This document shows positions 44,142-54,410 of a stretch of DNA of 64,000 nt, one piece after another. The translations under genes were made by a program, and so were the position numbers. Where the stretch lies: the IMG/VR virus record IMGVR_UViG_3300007513_000005. One strand, written 5' to 3'. Every line of letters starts with the position of its first letter. Positions within the stretch are counted from its first letter, which is position 1. This DNA is from a virus. Below the pieces are notes generated by a model that saw nothing but the letters and a program-made list of their open reading frames with translations, did not search any database and was not told where the DNA came from.

Positions 44142-44590
44142 ACGCCCGTAGACCCGAAACCGCCACCACCTCTTGATGTCTTACTTCCATAGACACTATC
44201 CTCCTCGATCTCCCATAGTTCTGGTTTTTCAATTCTCACAAAAACTCCCTGGGCGATTTTTTGACCAGGTTCGATATATTGAATGTCCTTACCTATGTTC
44301 TGGAGGTTTACGAAGATCTCTCCATCATACCCTTCGTCCACGACGCAAGCACCCGTGATCAACTGTGTCTTTGTAGCGATGCCCGACTTGTTCATGATCT
44401 GAAGCATACACCCTGGTGGTACCTCCACCTTCACGCCAGTCTCCAACAGACAACTCTTACCTGGTTTCAATCGTTGTATTGCATTGTCCATTGGACAGAA
44501 GAAGAAGTCCATTCCTGCGTCAGTCTTGTGTGCGCGCACTGGAACCTGTGCCGTTGGTCTTGTCTTGTAAACTCTAACAAATTCTTTCAT
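44138..44590 (-). CDS. dut: Trimeric dUTPase
   Basis: DAGMD, KSG, VVDEGYDGEI, KIAQ, RGGGGFGSTG. Confidence 0.95.
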   Translation of the reverse strand: MKEFVRVYKTRPTAQVPVRAHKTDAGMDFFFCPMDNAIQRLKPGKSCLLETGVKVEVPPGCMLQIMNKSGIATKTQLITGACVVDEGYDGEIFVNLQNIGKDIQYIEPGQKIAQGVFVRIEKPELWEIEEDSVYGSKTSRGGGGFGSTGV

Positions 44591-44970
44591 CTCAAAATCT
44601 CCTCAGATGGTCCTACCACCACTCTCTTCAACCCCTCATCCCTTCTGATGCTGAACGCTATGGATCTAGCATAACGAGGTTTACTGGGGTCCATATCATT
44701 TATCAAATATCTTGCGCCGCGTTCAATGCCCATGATCAACTTATCCCACGGGACATCATTCAACAACAACTCCTTTACTGTATGGTTTCTGTATTCTTCA
44801 GGTCTTGCAGTAGTGAAGATAATCATGCACCCTTCCCTCTTCCAAGTCTTTAATTTTTCCAACGCGCCAGGTGTAAGTTCTGGTTTTGTCGTCTTCAGTT
44901 CTTCAAACTTACGATATTTAAAGATGGTGCCATCAATATCACAAAATATAGTTCTCTTCTTTTCTGTCAT
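44587..44970 (-). CDS. HAD-family phosphatase (stand-alone)
   Basis: IFCDIDGTI, IFTTAR, YLIND. Confidence 0.8.
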   Translation of the reverse strand: MTEKKRTIFCDIDGTIFKYRKFEELKTTKPELTPGALEKLKTWKREGCMIIFTTARPEEYRNHTVKELLLNDVPWDKLIMGIERGARYLINDMDPSKPRYARSIAFSIRRDEGLKRVVVGPSEEILR

Positions 44971-45617
44971 GCTTCGCAGGTGCCTCCACTCAAGTCCCTC
45001 TCCTCTAAGAGTGTATAAGTAAATTTGTTTCCATACTTATCAGATGCGTCCTCGCATGTCTCCATAAACTCTGCAAAGTCCACACTACTTTGGAACACTT
45101 GACAACCTGCTGATACACCGCCAGTGTTAACTCGTGCATCCGAACCACGGTGCTTATGAATGTTAATACCGTACCAACCCTCGTCTTCTGGTCCGTGATA
45201 GTCTGGAGTTGTATCTCTGTTGTTGTCTCTCCATACGCTCACCTTACCGCCTCTTTGACATAGTGCGGTATGCCCCTTTTGACTATTACCATGCCAGTCG
45301 ATCTTGTAAGTGCTCCTGTATTGCCCAGGAACCAAAATTGCAGTACCCTTGTGCGCTACTGCCTTTAATGGCCATCTCAAAATAGAAGTACCTGGTTCGG
45401 TAGTTACTGGGTATACATCCGCCACCCACTCTCCGTCCACTTTATAGATAACGTTAATTGAGTCATCAAACTTTGATGCGTCACCAGAGTCGTTACGAAC
45501 TCCAATGATGTTCAAGTTGAGGTCTCCGTTCTCAAAAAATGCATAACCTTTACTGGTTAATGCCTGTTTGTATTGGTCTGCCATCATCTTGGCAGCGAAT
45601 CCTGTTAATTTAGCCAT
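44967..45617 (-). CDS. Putative L,D-transpeptidase (YkuD)-fold peptidoglycan enzyme
   Basis: GINIHK...SAGCQVF (H...SxGC catalytic pattern); TTEPG, GTAILVPGQY. Confidence 0.6.
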   Translation of the reverse strand: MAKLTGFAAKMMADQYKQALTSKGYAFFENGDLNLNIIGVRNDSGDASKFDDSINVIYKVDGEWVADVYPVTTEPGTSILRWPLKAVAHKGTAILVPGQYRSTYKIDWHGNSQKGHTALCQRGGKVSVWRDNNRDTTPDYHGPEDEGWYGINIHKHRGSDARVNTGGVSAGCQVFQSSVDFAEFMETCEDASDKYGNKFTYTLLEERDLSGGTCEA

Positions 45618-45628
45618 TGTGTTTCCTC

Positions 45629-48600
45629 CTATGCTAACATTCTAAAAGTTTTTCTAACTGATCTAGTGCTGAAACCCCACTGTGCATCCCAGTGAAGGCG
45701 TGCCATGTAGGGTCTGTTCACATAAACCTTATCCTTGTTTGGGTCGACACCCCAACACTTGATTGTATTCTCCTCAGAGTTGGAATCGATCACCTTAACT
45801 ACATAAAACAATTTACCATTTTTTGTTTTCTTTTGCAAGACTTCTCTTGGAATAAACCAACAAACCTGGAGTTCCGCATCGAACTCTGAAATGGGTGGTA
45901 TCATCAACTCGTCTATCTTGCTCTGCAGCTGCTCATTCATGACCGTGCTCATGGGAAAGATCCCAACTAGATCCACTAGATACTGTAACTTCTCCTCATC
46001 TGTGAAGTCCCCCTCTGGTTCAAACTTCTCAATGTTGTCTTCTAGGTTTTTCTCTTTGCGTGGGCGCTCAACTGCAACTGCAGACCAGAAGTGTTTCATT
46101 CCCGAAAACCTCTCATCCATCAAACAGTTCAGTGCCTGACTCAAACAGAGTGCAGAGACCGCCTTCTTGTTTAATTTTGAATAGATAATATTATCATTGA
46201 ACAGGAACTCCTCAATCTTATTGAAGGGTCTGTTGTCTATTATCTGCTGAATAGCGGTCATACCCAATCCCTTTATGGAAGAGAGTGGTTGAATCAATGT
46301 CTTGCCATCTTCACTGATCTCCCACCTGACACCAGAAGTATTCACATTAAGTGGTTCAATCTTATACCCATAAGATTTTGCAACGTTGATTGCGCGCTCC
46401 TTGCGCTTATCAGGTTCCTTGTCCAAGAAGGCAGCTAACCAGCACTCTGGATAATAATTAAGAAGATAAGCACATTGAAAAGAAAGCACGCAATAGGAGA
46501 CAGCATGAGATTTATTAAAACCGTAACCAGAAAAATACTTGAACTTGTCCCACAACTCCTTCGCTTCATGTTGTTTCATTCCTTTCTCTAGGCAACCTCG
46601 CCTAAACTTATCGTAGATCTTATCCATCTCTACCTGTGGGGCGCCTGTACCTTTCTTTGTGAGCAACTTGCGCAACTTATTACCCTCATCGAGTGACAAG
46701 TTCTTGCCCAATTTGTGAGCAAGCATAGCAATCTGCTCCTGAAAAATCAGGAACCCATAGGTCTCTTCGGTGACATCTCTTACATATTGATTGAGATACT
46801 CTACCTCTTCAGGATTTTCTTTAGCGCCGATGTACATCTTATCCACACCCGCAGACAGCGGTCCAGGGCGATAAATAGAAGTAATGGCGGCAAGGTCCGT
46901 AATATTATTCGGGCGACCATTCTTGCAGAAGTCCTGTGCCCCATTCTCTGTAAATTGGAATATTCCTGCCCATTTTCCCTCATGAAAGACATTCTTCCAA
47001 ACCTCCTCGTCATCCAAATTAATCTTCTCTGGATGTAACTTAGTTTCATAGAAAGTCTTAATGTCCTCAAACGTAGGATCACTAACACCCTCATACCTAA
47101 CTAGTATATGCCTGATTGCATCTTCAATCATACGCAACGAGGCGAGACCCAAGATATCAAACTTGATAAACCCCATCGTCTCTAGGTGTCGAACGTTTTG
47201 ACCTTCTGACCATGGTGTTTGTCGAACACCTCCAGAGTTAATGAGTGGCATCCATTCATTTAAATTCTCTCCAATCACCACACCTCCAGCATGACGAGAT
47301 GCTGATCGAGTCTGACCATACAATGCATTAACATGTGTCTCAACTTCTGGATATTTATTTAAAAACTTTTGTAGCGACTCTGAGTATTGCATAAGTTCTT
47401 CAAAGGTTGGACTGTAAACACCCGCAGTGATACCATGTGCCTTCTTCGCAAGAGGAGTTGCCTCGTAAACCATCTTGTTGGTTACCGCATTCACTTCAGC
47501 AAATGGAATCTTATAAAACTTCGAGATATCTTTTACAAGTGATCGCAGCTGCAATGTGTTCCAGTTTGTGATAGGAACAACAACATCGTCACCCCATTCA
47601 TCAATTAGGTGTTCTTTGAGTACCATAGGGTCAGAAACATCATAGTCGATATCAGGATATCCAGACCCACCTTTTGTTAAAAAACGCTCGAATTGTAGTC
47701 CGTAACGGATCGGATCTATCTGTGTGATACCCAAGGCATAAGCGACCAGAGAACCCGCAGCAGAACCTCTTCCTGCGCCTGTAAGTTGCATCCTCGTCGC
47801 TTCTTCTGCTATCTTCTTCATCGTCAAGAAGTATTTGCTAAAACCCCTGTCTTCAATTACGTTGACCTCATACTTGAGGCGTTCAATATACTCTGTCTTG
47901 TCAGCAAATCCCTTCTCCTTTGCTCCTGCGATACACAGTACTGCGAGCGCCTGGCCAGCTGACTTTCCATCGGGAACAACAAAGTCTGGGAGTCTTACTG
48001 TGTTATCTGGTAAGAAGGATTCAATCATGTTGTAAGCAATATCGTGTGTCTTGGTGATGGAGTTCAGAACCAAGTTGTCGTTATACTCCACCCCACACTC
48101 TTCGGAATACTTCTTATAACTCTCCCACATTTGGTCGCCATTCTTAGGATACAACTCGTACCCTATCTCCTCAACATCGATTGGTAATTCTTCACTCAAC
48201 CACTCTACCTTACGACCTAGAAATCCCAACCTCTTATATAACTCTCTGTCTTTCCACGCTTCTGGGGAATAGTAATGAGAGTCTGCTGTGGAGATCAGAT
48301 CAATGCCAAACTCATAATGCATCTGGATGATGAATTGATTTAACTTATGTTGTTCTGGGATATTATTCCACTGCAATTCTCCATACCACCTGTCACCAAA
48401 GATAGACTGCATCTTTTGCGTTGTCTTGCGCATAGCATCCAGTACTGCGTCTTCCCCCTCATCTCTGTTTTGCCAGAAGTCCCCAGCATAAATCCCACCA
48501 AGACAGGCAGATGCTGCAATGACACCCTCGCTATGCTTCTTTAGCATGGCATAGTCAATTCTAGGAAATCGATAAAAATAATCCCCCGAATAAGATTTGG

Positions 48601-49051
48601 AAATCATCTTATAAATATTCTGAAGTCCTGTCTGATTTTGTGCCAACAAGATCATATGACTCCTCCTATTAAGGATGGACTTCATCTTCTTCTTGGATGC
48701 TTCATTCTCGACAGTGGCGCCTGACTGCGTGGACTCAAGAGACTTTTTATTCTTTGCCTCTTGTCTTGCTTTTTCGTAATCCTCTTTCCAATTTGCAACA
48801 CTTGGCACGAAATATGCTTCACAACCGAATATTGGTTTGAACTCCTTTCCTTCGGACATCATCTTCTTCGCGTGAATGACCTGGTAAGCAAGACCGTTTG
48901 CATTACCGTGATCCGTAAGAGCAAGGGCATCCATGCCGTTATCGTAGGCATAATCCATGTGCTGCTGGGGGTATCCGAGTGCGTCGAATATTGACCCAGC
49001 TACTGAGTGGGCATGTAGTCCCACAAATGGTATCTCTGGTTGCTTTCTCAT
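45629..49051 (-). CDS. dnaE: DNA polymerase III alpha subunit (family C)
   Basis: PHP HAHS, ALTDHG, GRGSAAGS, PDIDYD, SRHAGGV, KFDILGL, FNKSHA. Confidence 0.97.
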   Translation of the reverse strand: MRKQPEIPFVGLHAHSVAGSIFDALGYPQQHMDYAYDNGMDALALTDHGNANGLAYQVIHAKKMMSEGKEFKPIFGCEAYFVPSVANWKEDYEKARQEAKNKKSLESTQSGATVENEASKKKMKSILNRRSHMILLAQNQTGLQNIYKMISKSYSGDYFYRFPRIDYAMLKKHSEGVIAASACLGGIYAGDFWQNRDEGEDAVLDAMRKTTQKMQSIFGDRWYGELQWNNIPEQHKLNQFIIQMHYEFGIDLISTADSHYYSPEAWKDRELYKRLGFLGRKVEWLSEELPIDVEEIGYELYPKNGDQMWESYKKYSEECGVEYNDNLVLNSITKTHDIAYNMIESFLPDNTVRLPDFVVPDGKSAGQALAVLCIAGAKEKGFADKTEYIERLKYEVNVIEDRGFSKYFLTMKKIAEEATRMQLTGAGRGSAAGSLVAYALGITQIDPIRYGLQFERFLTKGGSGYPDIDYDVSDPMVLKEHLIDEWGDDVVVPITNWNTLQLRSLVKDISKFYKIPFAEVNAVTNKMVYEATPLAKKAHGITAGVYSPTFEELMQYSESLQKFLNKYPEVETHVNALYGQTRSASRHAGGVVIGENLNEWMPLINSGGVRQTPWSEGQNVRHLETMGFIKFDILGLASLRMIEDAIRHILVRYEGVSDPTFEDIKTFYETKLHPEKINLDDEEVWKNVFHEGKWAGIFQFTENGAQDFCKNGRPNNITDLAAITSIYRPGPLSAGVDKMYIGAKENPEEVEYLNQYVRDVTEETYGFLIFQEQIAMLAHKLGKNLSLDEGNKLRKLLTKKGTGAPQVEMDKIYDKFRRGCLEKGMKQHEAKELWDKFKYFSGYGFNKSHAVSYCVLSFQCAYLLNYYPECWLAAFLDKEPDKRKERAINVAKSYGYKIEPLNVNTSGVRWEISEDGKTLIQPLSSIKGLGMTAIQQIIDNRPFNKIEEFLFNDNIIYSKLNKKAVSALCLSQALNCLMDERFSGMKHFWSAVAVERPRKEKNLEDNIEKFEPEGDFTDEEKLQYLVDLVGIFPMSTVMNEQLQSKIDELMIPPISEFDAELQVCWFIPREVLQKKTKNGKLFYVVKVIDSNSEENTIKCWGVDPNKDKVYVNRPYMARLHWDAQWGFSTRSVRKTFRMLA

Positions 49052-49863
49052 CTGTTTCCTTTCATTTTAATTGCCGCGCTGAAACAGTATCTCCAATCTG
49101 TTCCAATTTTGAGGGGATCTCTCATCATATCCTGATAGCCCTCCCACGACGAAATATCTTTATATGTATCTAGTTCAATTGAGCAACTGTTGTCACTCAT
49201 TATATCATCACCAAAAACTAAGTCAAGTGTATAATCACTTTTTACATCGATTCTTTTAAATAAGTAAGAGCAGTGCTTAAATTGTCTTACACTAAAACTA
49301 AACCCCATATGATGTCCAGTTAAGGCGCTTTCCCCATTGTGTGTATAAAAGAAAGATTCATTTTGCTTGATCAACCCCCTAGCCTCTATGTTCCTTGGGT
49401 CATACACTCCGTAGGGCATGGACACGTAGTATCTATATGGCACTATCCATTTAGATATCTTGTCACTGATCGTGAAACTTGCATTAACACCTTCCATAAC
49501 TGAAACACCAATCCCATCTTTGTTCATGTTCTTGTATGATATCGGTACATAAAATATTGGTACCGATGTCCTGTTCTCCTGGGGGAAGTTAGCAAACTTT
49601 GCTCTCTCATGTTGAGCAAGATTGAGAACAAAATCCCCGCAAACACTTTTAAGGAGTGGTGCAATAGACTCATCACAAACTACCCATATGGTCTTGCACC
49701 CAACATACGAACACTCTACAATACTTCTCTGTATAGCATAAAAGTTATTTGCAATCGGCAACATGCCTGGGTGGAGTACTAAATCTATATCAGAATCAAC
49801 CTTCGATACTGGAATGATGCCTGCTATATGCTTCGATAATGTTGCTTCGTTTCTTTCTGTCAT
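49048..49863 (-). CDS. Degenerate sugar-phosphate nucleotidyltransferase-fold protein
   Basis: IAGIIPV...MLPIAN...AIQRSI...GCKTIWVV resembles RmlA/GalU N-terminus but lacks GGxGTRL. Confidence 0.55.
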   Translation of the reverse strand: MTERNEATLSKHIAGIIPVSKVDSDIDLVLHPGMLPIANNFYAIQRSIVECSYVGCKTIWVVCDESIAPLLKSVCGDFVLNLAQHERAKFANFPQENRTSVPIFYVPISYKNMNKDGIGVSVMEGVNASFTISDKISKWIVPYRYYVSMPYGVYDPRNIEARGLIKQNESFFYTHNGESALTGHHMGFSFSVRQFKHCSYLFKRIDVKSDYTLDLVFGDDIMSDNSCSIELDTYKDISSWEGYQDMMRDPLKIGTDWRYCFSAAIKMKGNR

Positions 49864-50569
49864 AAAACTTTATCTTCTTGGTACTCTTATACACTGTCTC
49901 CTCCATTGAGACAACCATTCTTTCCATTACTTCCAATTTGGGCTTCCTTCTTACTGTGCCACCCTTGTGGATTAAAGGTCTGTGTACTCCTCCCTGTTCC
50001 ATTAACAACTTCTGAGTAATGAACCTAACCATTGTATCAGAATAATCAAAGTCTGTCAACTGTTCTTTCGTTAAGAAAGATACAGAGAAAATCTCTTTCT
50101 TTCCCGTGGACTCGATCCTCGAAATAAAACTGCCATTTGGAAAAACGGGAACTAAATTAGATGCATCACAAAATTTCAACCTCATAAAATCGATAATTTT
50201 ATAAGAATCTCGACCCTCTGTTGCCAATACTTCCAGATCTACTTTGATTGCACTGTCTGGAAAGATGTGACACTTTTGAAACTGAATGTCAGTTCCTCTA
50301 ATTTTAAGTATGTTTTCCTCTATTCTCACATATTCCAAATCAAATGGATTAACAATCAATCCCTTCATCCCACACAAGAATTTAAGCATAGACCATGCCT
50401 CTGAATGTCTTGTAGTGGTCAGCTGCCCCACCTTTATCTGTTTGGCAAATTTGAGATCGACGGTGGGTAGTTGATGTCGGGGCAGGATTATCGGCACCTC
50501 TTCAGTATAAGACTTCATGAGAGCGCAGACATCCTGTCCGACTATAACCTCATCGAGTATCAATAGCAC
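49796..50569 (-). CDS. Hypothetical protein
   Basis: 257-aa ORF in the operon. Confidence 0.65.
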   Translation of the reverse strand: MLLILDEVIVGQDVCALMKSYTEEVPIILPRHQLPTVDLKFAKQIKVGQLTTTRHSEAWSMLKFLCGMKGLIVNPFDLEYVRIEENILKIRGTDIQFQKCHIFPDSAIKVDLEVLATEGRDSYKIIDFMRLKFCDASNLVPVFPNGSFISRIESTGKKEIFSVSFLTKEQLTDFDYSDTMVRFITQKLLMEQGGVHRPLIHKGGTVRRKPKLEVMERMVVSMEETVYKSTKKIKFYDRKKRSNIIEAYSRHHSSIEG

Positions 50570-52626
50570 ATACCCATGGCAAAATCATACCTGGAACCAT
50601 ATGATTCATCTATTACAATCCCAGAGACGTTCATGAACCCTGAAGGTGTTACATACGTTGCCTCCTGCTCAGATGATCCCAAACAAATGTCATCCAAGAT
50701 AGACATTAAGTCATCATACATTTGCTGTTGGTTGCGAGATAGTTCAAAAATAGTTCCATTGCCACTTGTCACATAGTCGTTCCAAACACGAGAGCGCCTT
50801 TCTGCGAAAGCATAAAACTTTAAGTTCGGAGTAGATTCAAGTGCTTCCAAGACTTGAGTTGCAGTGACAGTTGGAACCAAGTAGGACTGTGCATATTCAT
50901 CACTAAATAAGACAATAATCCTATCTGCGTTTGGTCTCCAGTTCACCTTGAAGAATTTTAATTCTGGGATTGAACCCATTCTATTGGCCCAAGTTGCTTG
51001 AGCAAAGTTATAGTTAACATTGCCAGAGATGTTTTGCAGAGCGAGTAAAATGGCATCCTTAAATTGCTCGTTGCCTGTCGAGTTGTCGAACTGCCCTACA
51101 TTGGAAAATGCTGTTAGGAACTGATCGAACTCAGTGATATTCGACTCCATAATAAGCATCTCTTGCGTGCCAGTAGGAGTAGGGGCTCCTTTAGGTCCAA
51201 CGATTAGTCCCCACTTCAATTTATCCTCTGCTGCAAAATTCTGAGCAAATCTATTCATTGCCATCCTCACTGCATTGATATAGTTCTCCATGGAACCAGA
51301 CCAGTCTACTAAAAATAAAATATCTGTCTCTGGAATTTCCTCTCCGTAGTCTACGATACCGTCACAGTCATCGTCAGCACCATTGCAGATTTCCTCCTGT
51401 GGTAAAGTTTCACCTCCACAAAAGTCAACGACTTGACCTTGTGTTGGGTGGTCTCCATACCACTGCCCTCTGTTACAAGACTGCTCTCCCATTTCGCAGA
51501 TTCCCACATTCAAGGTACCTTCAGGCCCAGTGTAGCAATCTCTAACAAGCTGTTCATCTATCAAACTATCACAGTCTTCATCGAAGTCGTTGCACATCTC
51601 AGGGTTTATGGCAACTCCTGCAAACTGATCGCACTCCTCACCAGGTTCTAACTCAGGAACCCAATGGCAAAGAGCAAAGCACTCGGTCATCTGAGTGATT
51701 TGGCACTCCTCATTAATACACTCGCAAGTCTTAAACCCCATACCACAAGTTAAGGGAGGTTCCATGCAGGGCACGAGCGCGCCCACTGACTCTGGTGGGC
51801 ATTGGCAGTTCAAACCTTCGTCAACTAGATTATCACAGTCATTATCCTCGCCATCGCAGGCTTCAGGTGCAGGTCTTTGAGCAGTGCAACCTATCCAGTT
51901 GCCGTTTGCACATATCTCTAAACCTGAGTTACAAGTAGTTGAACACTCTCTAATAAGTTGTTCGTCAGCTGAACCGTCGCAATCATTATCAAGTCCGTCG
52001 CAAATGTCTTCTGGAACCTGTCCACAACCACCGCAGGCATTTAACTGGTTTTCATCAACATTGCCATCGCAGTCGTTATCCTGGTTGTCACAAACCTCTT
52101 CCTCTTCAAAACAAGTAATACACTCTCCGTAGTAAAGTCTGCCCTTGTCACATTTAACTTCCTGTCTACCTGTGGTGCCATCTATTTCACAATCATAATA
52201 CATCGTGAAGTCTTCGTTTATCCCAGGAGGACAGTCGAATGCGTGTACACATTCAGATTCCTCTAAAATCTCTGCTGGTGGACAGTTTGGATCTCTGTTT
52301 CTATCACAGGGAATCAAATCTTCTCCACAAATGTCTAGGATTGCATATTTTGCCCGAATCTCTGTTCCCGTAGGTGGACAGTACCAAGTTTGGCGTTGGC
52401 AACAAGTCGGATTGCAGGTGCAATATAAATCATCAGTGTTCGCAAGATTAGCACAGGGGTCCACCCAAGCATCTACAGTGATATCTGGGATTTCAACAAT
52501 CTGAGTGTCAACAGAGGAATCAACAATCACCATTCTTTGTACATCTGGTGCTGGTGCAGTGCCGATGGGCGTCGAGTCTGTACAAGCAACAACAAATAGC
52601 ATACAGAACAAAATTCTACTTTTCAT
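50560..52626 (-). CDS. Lipoprotein with myxobacterial-type Cys-rich repeats and C-terminal VWA domain
   Basis: Lipobox FVVA-C; five E.C[DN]..D[NED]DCD..[VIA]D repeats (MopE-like); MIDAS LVDWSGS and FSDE. Confidence 0.82.
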   Translation of the reverse strand: MKSRILFCMLFVVACTDSTPIGTAPAPDVQRMVIVDSSVDTQIVEIPDITVDAWVDPCANLANTDDLYCTCNPTCCQRQTWYCPPTGTEIRAKYAILDICGEDLIPCDRNRDPNCPPAEILEESECVHAFDCPPGINEDFTMYYDCEIDGTTGRQEVKCDKGRLYYGECITCFEEEEVCDNQDNDCDGNVDENQLNACGGCGQVPEDICDGLDNDCDGSADEQLIRECSTTCNSGLEICANGNWIGCTAQRPAPEACDGEDNDCDNLVDEGLNCQCPPESVGALVPCMEPPLTCGMGFKTCECINEECQITQMTECFALCHWVPELEPGEECDQFAGVAINPEMCNDFDEDCDSLIDEQLVRDCYTGPEGTLNVGICEMGEQSCNRGQWYGDHPTQGQVVDFCGGETLPQEEICNGADDDCDGIVDYGEEIPETDILFLVDWSGSMENYINAVRMAMNRFAQNFAAEDKLKWGLIVGPKGAPTPTGTQEMLIMESNITEFDQFLTAFSNVGQFDNSTGNEQFKDAILLALQNISGNVNYNFAQATWANRMGSIPELKFFKVNWRPNADRIIVLFSDEYAQSYLVPTVTATQVLEALESTPNLKFYAFAERRSRVWNDYVTSGNGTIFELSRNQQQMYDDLMSILDDICLGSSEQEATYVTPSGFMNVSGIVIDESYGSRYDFAMGMCY

Positions 52627-52885
52627 TTTTGTTTCTCAACTTAAGGATTCCCTTTACTTCATTTAGGTCTTTTGAAGTTTCTTCGAGATCTGCTTGCGTC
52701 GATTCCAGAATCCTCAGTACAGTATCTGATTTTTCAATTATACGATCTATACTTTCATTGAGTGCTTGAGATTGAATCTTTGCTTCTCTCGCGCTCTCTT
52801 GACGCTCTGCCCCTTTATACTGATAAACCCCAAACAAACCCAAGGCAAAAACGCCATAGAATATAAAAATACTTCTTGTCTTCAT
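52616..52885 (-). CDS. TM plus coiled-coil protein (i-spanin-like topology)
   Basis: Start revised to 52885 (GAGGAGG SD); N-terminal TM then heptad coiled-coil. Confidence 0.55.
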   Translation of the reverse strand: MKTRSIFIFYGVFALGLFGVYQYKGAERQESAREAKIQSQALNESIDRIIEKSDTVLRILESTQADLEETSKDLNEVKGILKLRNKNEK

Positions 52886-52910
52886 GGTACCTCCTCGTAC
52901 GCTCCCTATC

Positions 52911-53393
52911 TCAACATCCATCTTCATCTAAGATAGATTTATATTTCTTCACAATCTTAATATAATGCATTCTATCATAAGAATTCTTCCAGCGCAAGCA
53001 GATCGTGCCAGTACTATAAAAGCACAACCCCTTGTTTACATTACCCTTGGCATAAACCCTTATATTGTAAGATAAGATTTGGGCGCCTACTTTTATTGAC
53101 ACTTTCGGGTTCTTCAACTGTTCGCAAGTGTATTTCCTATTTTTGGTTTCTGGTCCACCTGTCCATCTAGGTATTACCTGAGTGAGTCCGCATGCTCCCG
53201 CTGGCGAAGTGACCCACGGTACAAACGAACTCTCGGCCATAATTACGGCCGCCAAGAGAGATGGTTCAATGTCATTCTTTTCTGCTTCTGCAATTATTGT
53301 TGGAACATAAGAGCACGCTCTGCGTGATGAAGAATCTGTAAGTCCAAAACTGCTGCCGATAATTGCACAGAGTGCTAGCATTGAGACTGGCAT
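52911..53393 (-). CDS. Lytic transglycosylase (SLT domain)
   Basis: AVIMAESSF, SPAGACGLTQVIP, NPKVSIKVGAQIL; hydrophobic N-terminus. Confidence 0.88.
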   Translation of the reverse strand: MPVSMLALCAIIGSSFGLTDSSSRRACSYVPTIIAEAEKNDIEPSLLAAVIMAESSFVPWVTSPAGACGLTQVIPRWTGGPETKNRKYTCEQLKNPKVSIKVGAQILSYNIRVYAKGNVNKGLCFYSTGTICLRWKNSYDRMHYIKIVKKYKSILDEDGC

Positions 53394-54100
53394 TATCTCT
53401 CCTCCATCTTATTCAATATAAATGATTGTACTGAGTGTGGGAACAGACCCTCTACAATCTCCAGGCATGCCTCGGCAACCTGTTGGATCTCCCACTGGGC
53501 GCCCTCATGTGAGCGCAGCTGCACAAACTTAAGAAGGTTGTGTAAATTAACAGTTCCATAATATTTGGTGTATAAATTCTGAGGGAGGATACCTCTGGCC
53601 TGTTCCCTGCAGACACCCGCATCAAGCAGACTTTCAAACAACTTCAGACTCTCTGAGTGATGAGATTTTACCAAGTCTGCCGCTAGAGCGGAAACTGGAA
53701 ATCCTGACCTGTTGTATTCCAGTATTGGATTTGTTAATTTATCCTTACTCGCCTGTCTATTACTTTCGTGCTGGGTTCTAAATTCTCTAGGTTCATAGAA
53801 CTCCATATCTACAGCAGTATACCTTCTAGATATCTCATTGTATGCCCAAGTGCGGTGTCGATGATGCTGACTACGAATAAACAAAGGTACCGTGAACCTA
53901 AAAGTAACAGTGCAGTGCTCAAAAGGAGAAGAATGATTATGGGACATAAGATAATTGATGAGTTTGATGTCCTTCTCATCTACTTCTTCCTTTTCCGACC
54001 CAAAAGAGACCCGCGCTGCATTAACAACCGACAAATCTGAACCCATATGTGAAATGTATTCAACCGCACCTATATCGTCTCCATATAGTTCAATTCTCAT
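53393..54100 (-). CDS. thyX: FAD-dependent thymidylate synthase
   Basis: HSSPFEH, RHRTWAYNEISRRY, REQARGILP, AQWEI; start revised to 54100. Confidence 0.96.
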   Translation of the reverse strand: MRIELYGDDIGAVEYISHMGSDLSVVNAARVSFGSEKEEVDEKDIKLINYLMSHNHSSPFEHCTVTFRFTVPLFIRSQHHRHRTWAYNEISRRYTAVDMEFYEPREFRTQHESNRQASKDKLTNPILEYNRSGFPVSALAADLVKSHHSESLKLFESLLDAGVCREQARGILPQNLYTKYYGTVNLHNLLKFVQLRSHEGAQWEIQQVAEACLEIVEGLFPHSVQSFILNKMEER

Positions 54101-54410
54101 TCGGCCTCCTGTAGATCCCAACTACATAGTTTTCTAAAATCATGTAGTGTGTTCTACCACCTGCTTCAACTTCCTCAATCATAGACTTGTCAACAACAAT
54201 CTCTTTCGGTCCGATTCTGTTAAACTTCAACTCATGAAAGTCCTTCTTACAATCAGAAGCAACATCCACTACGGTTGCCTTGATGAACCTGGACTCTTCT
54301 TGCTTGAAATCATCTGGTAAAATTACACCAGTGTCCGTCTTCTCTTCCTTGTAGTGTGGCACAATTGCAATGTGTCTGTTGACAGGTTTCAGCATCATCA
54401 AATCAGTCAT
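54090..54410 (-). CDS. groES: Co-chaperonin GroES-like
   Basis: LKPVNRHI...EKTDTGVILP...ATVVDV. Confidence 0.78.
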   Translation of the reverse strand: MTDLMMLKPVNRHIAIVPHYKEEKTDTGVILPDDFKQEESRFIKATVVDVASDCKKDFHELKFNRIGPKEIVVDKSMIEEVEAGGRTHYMILENYVVGIYRRPNEN

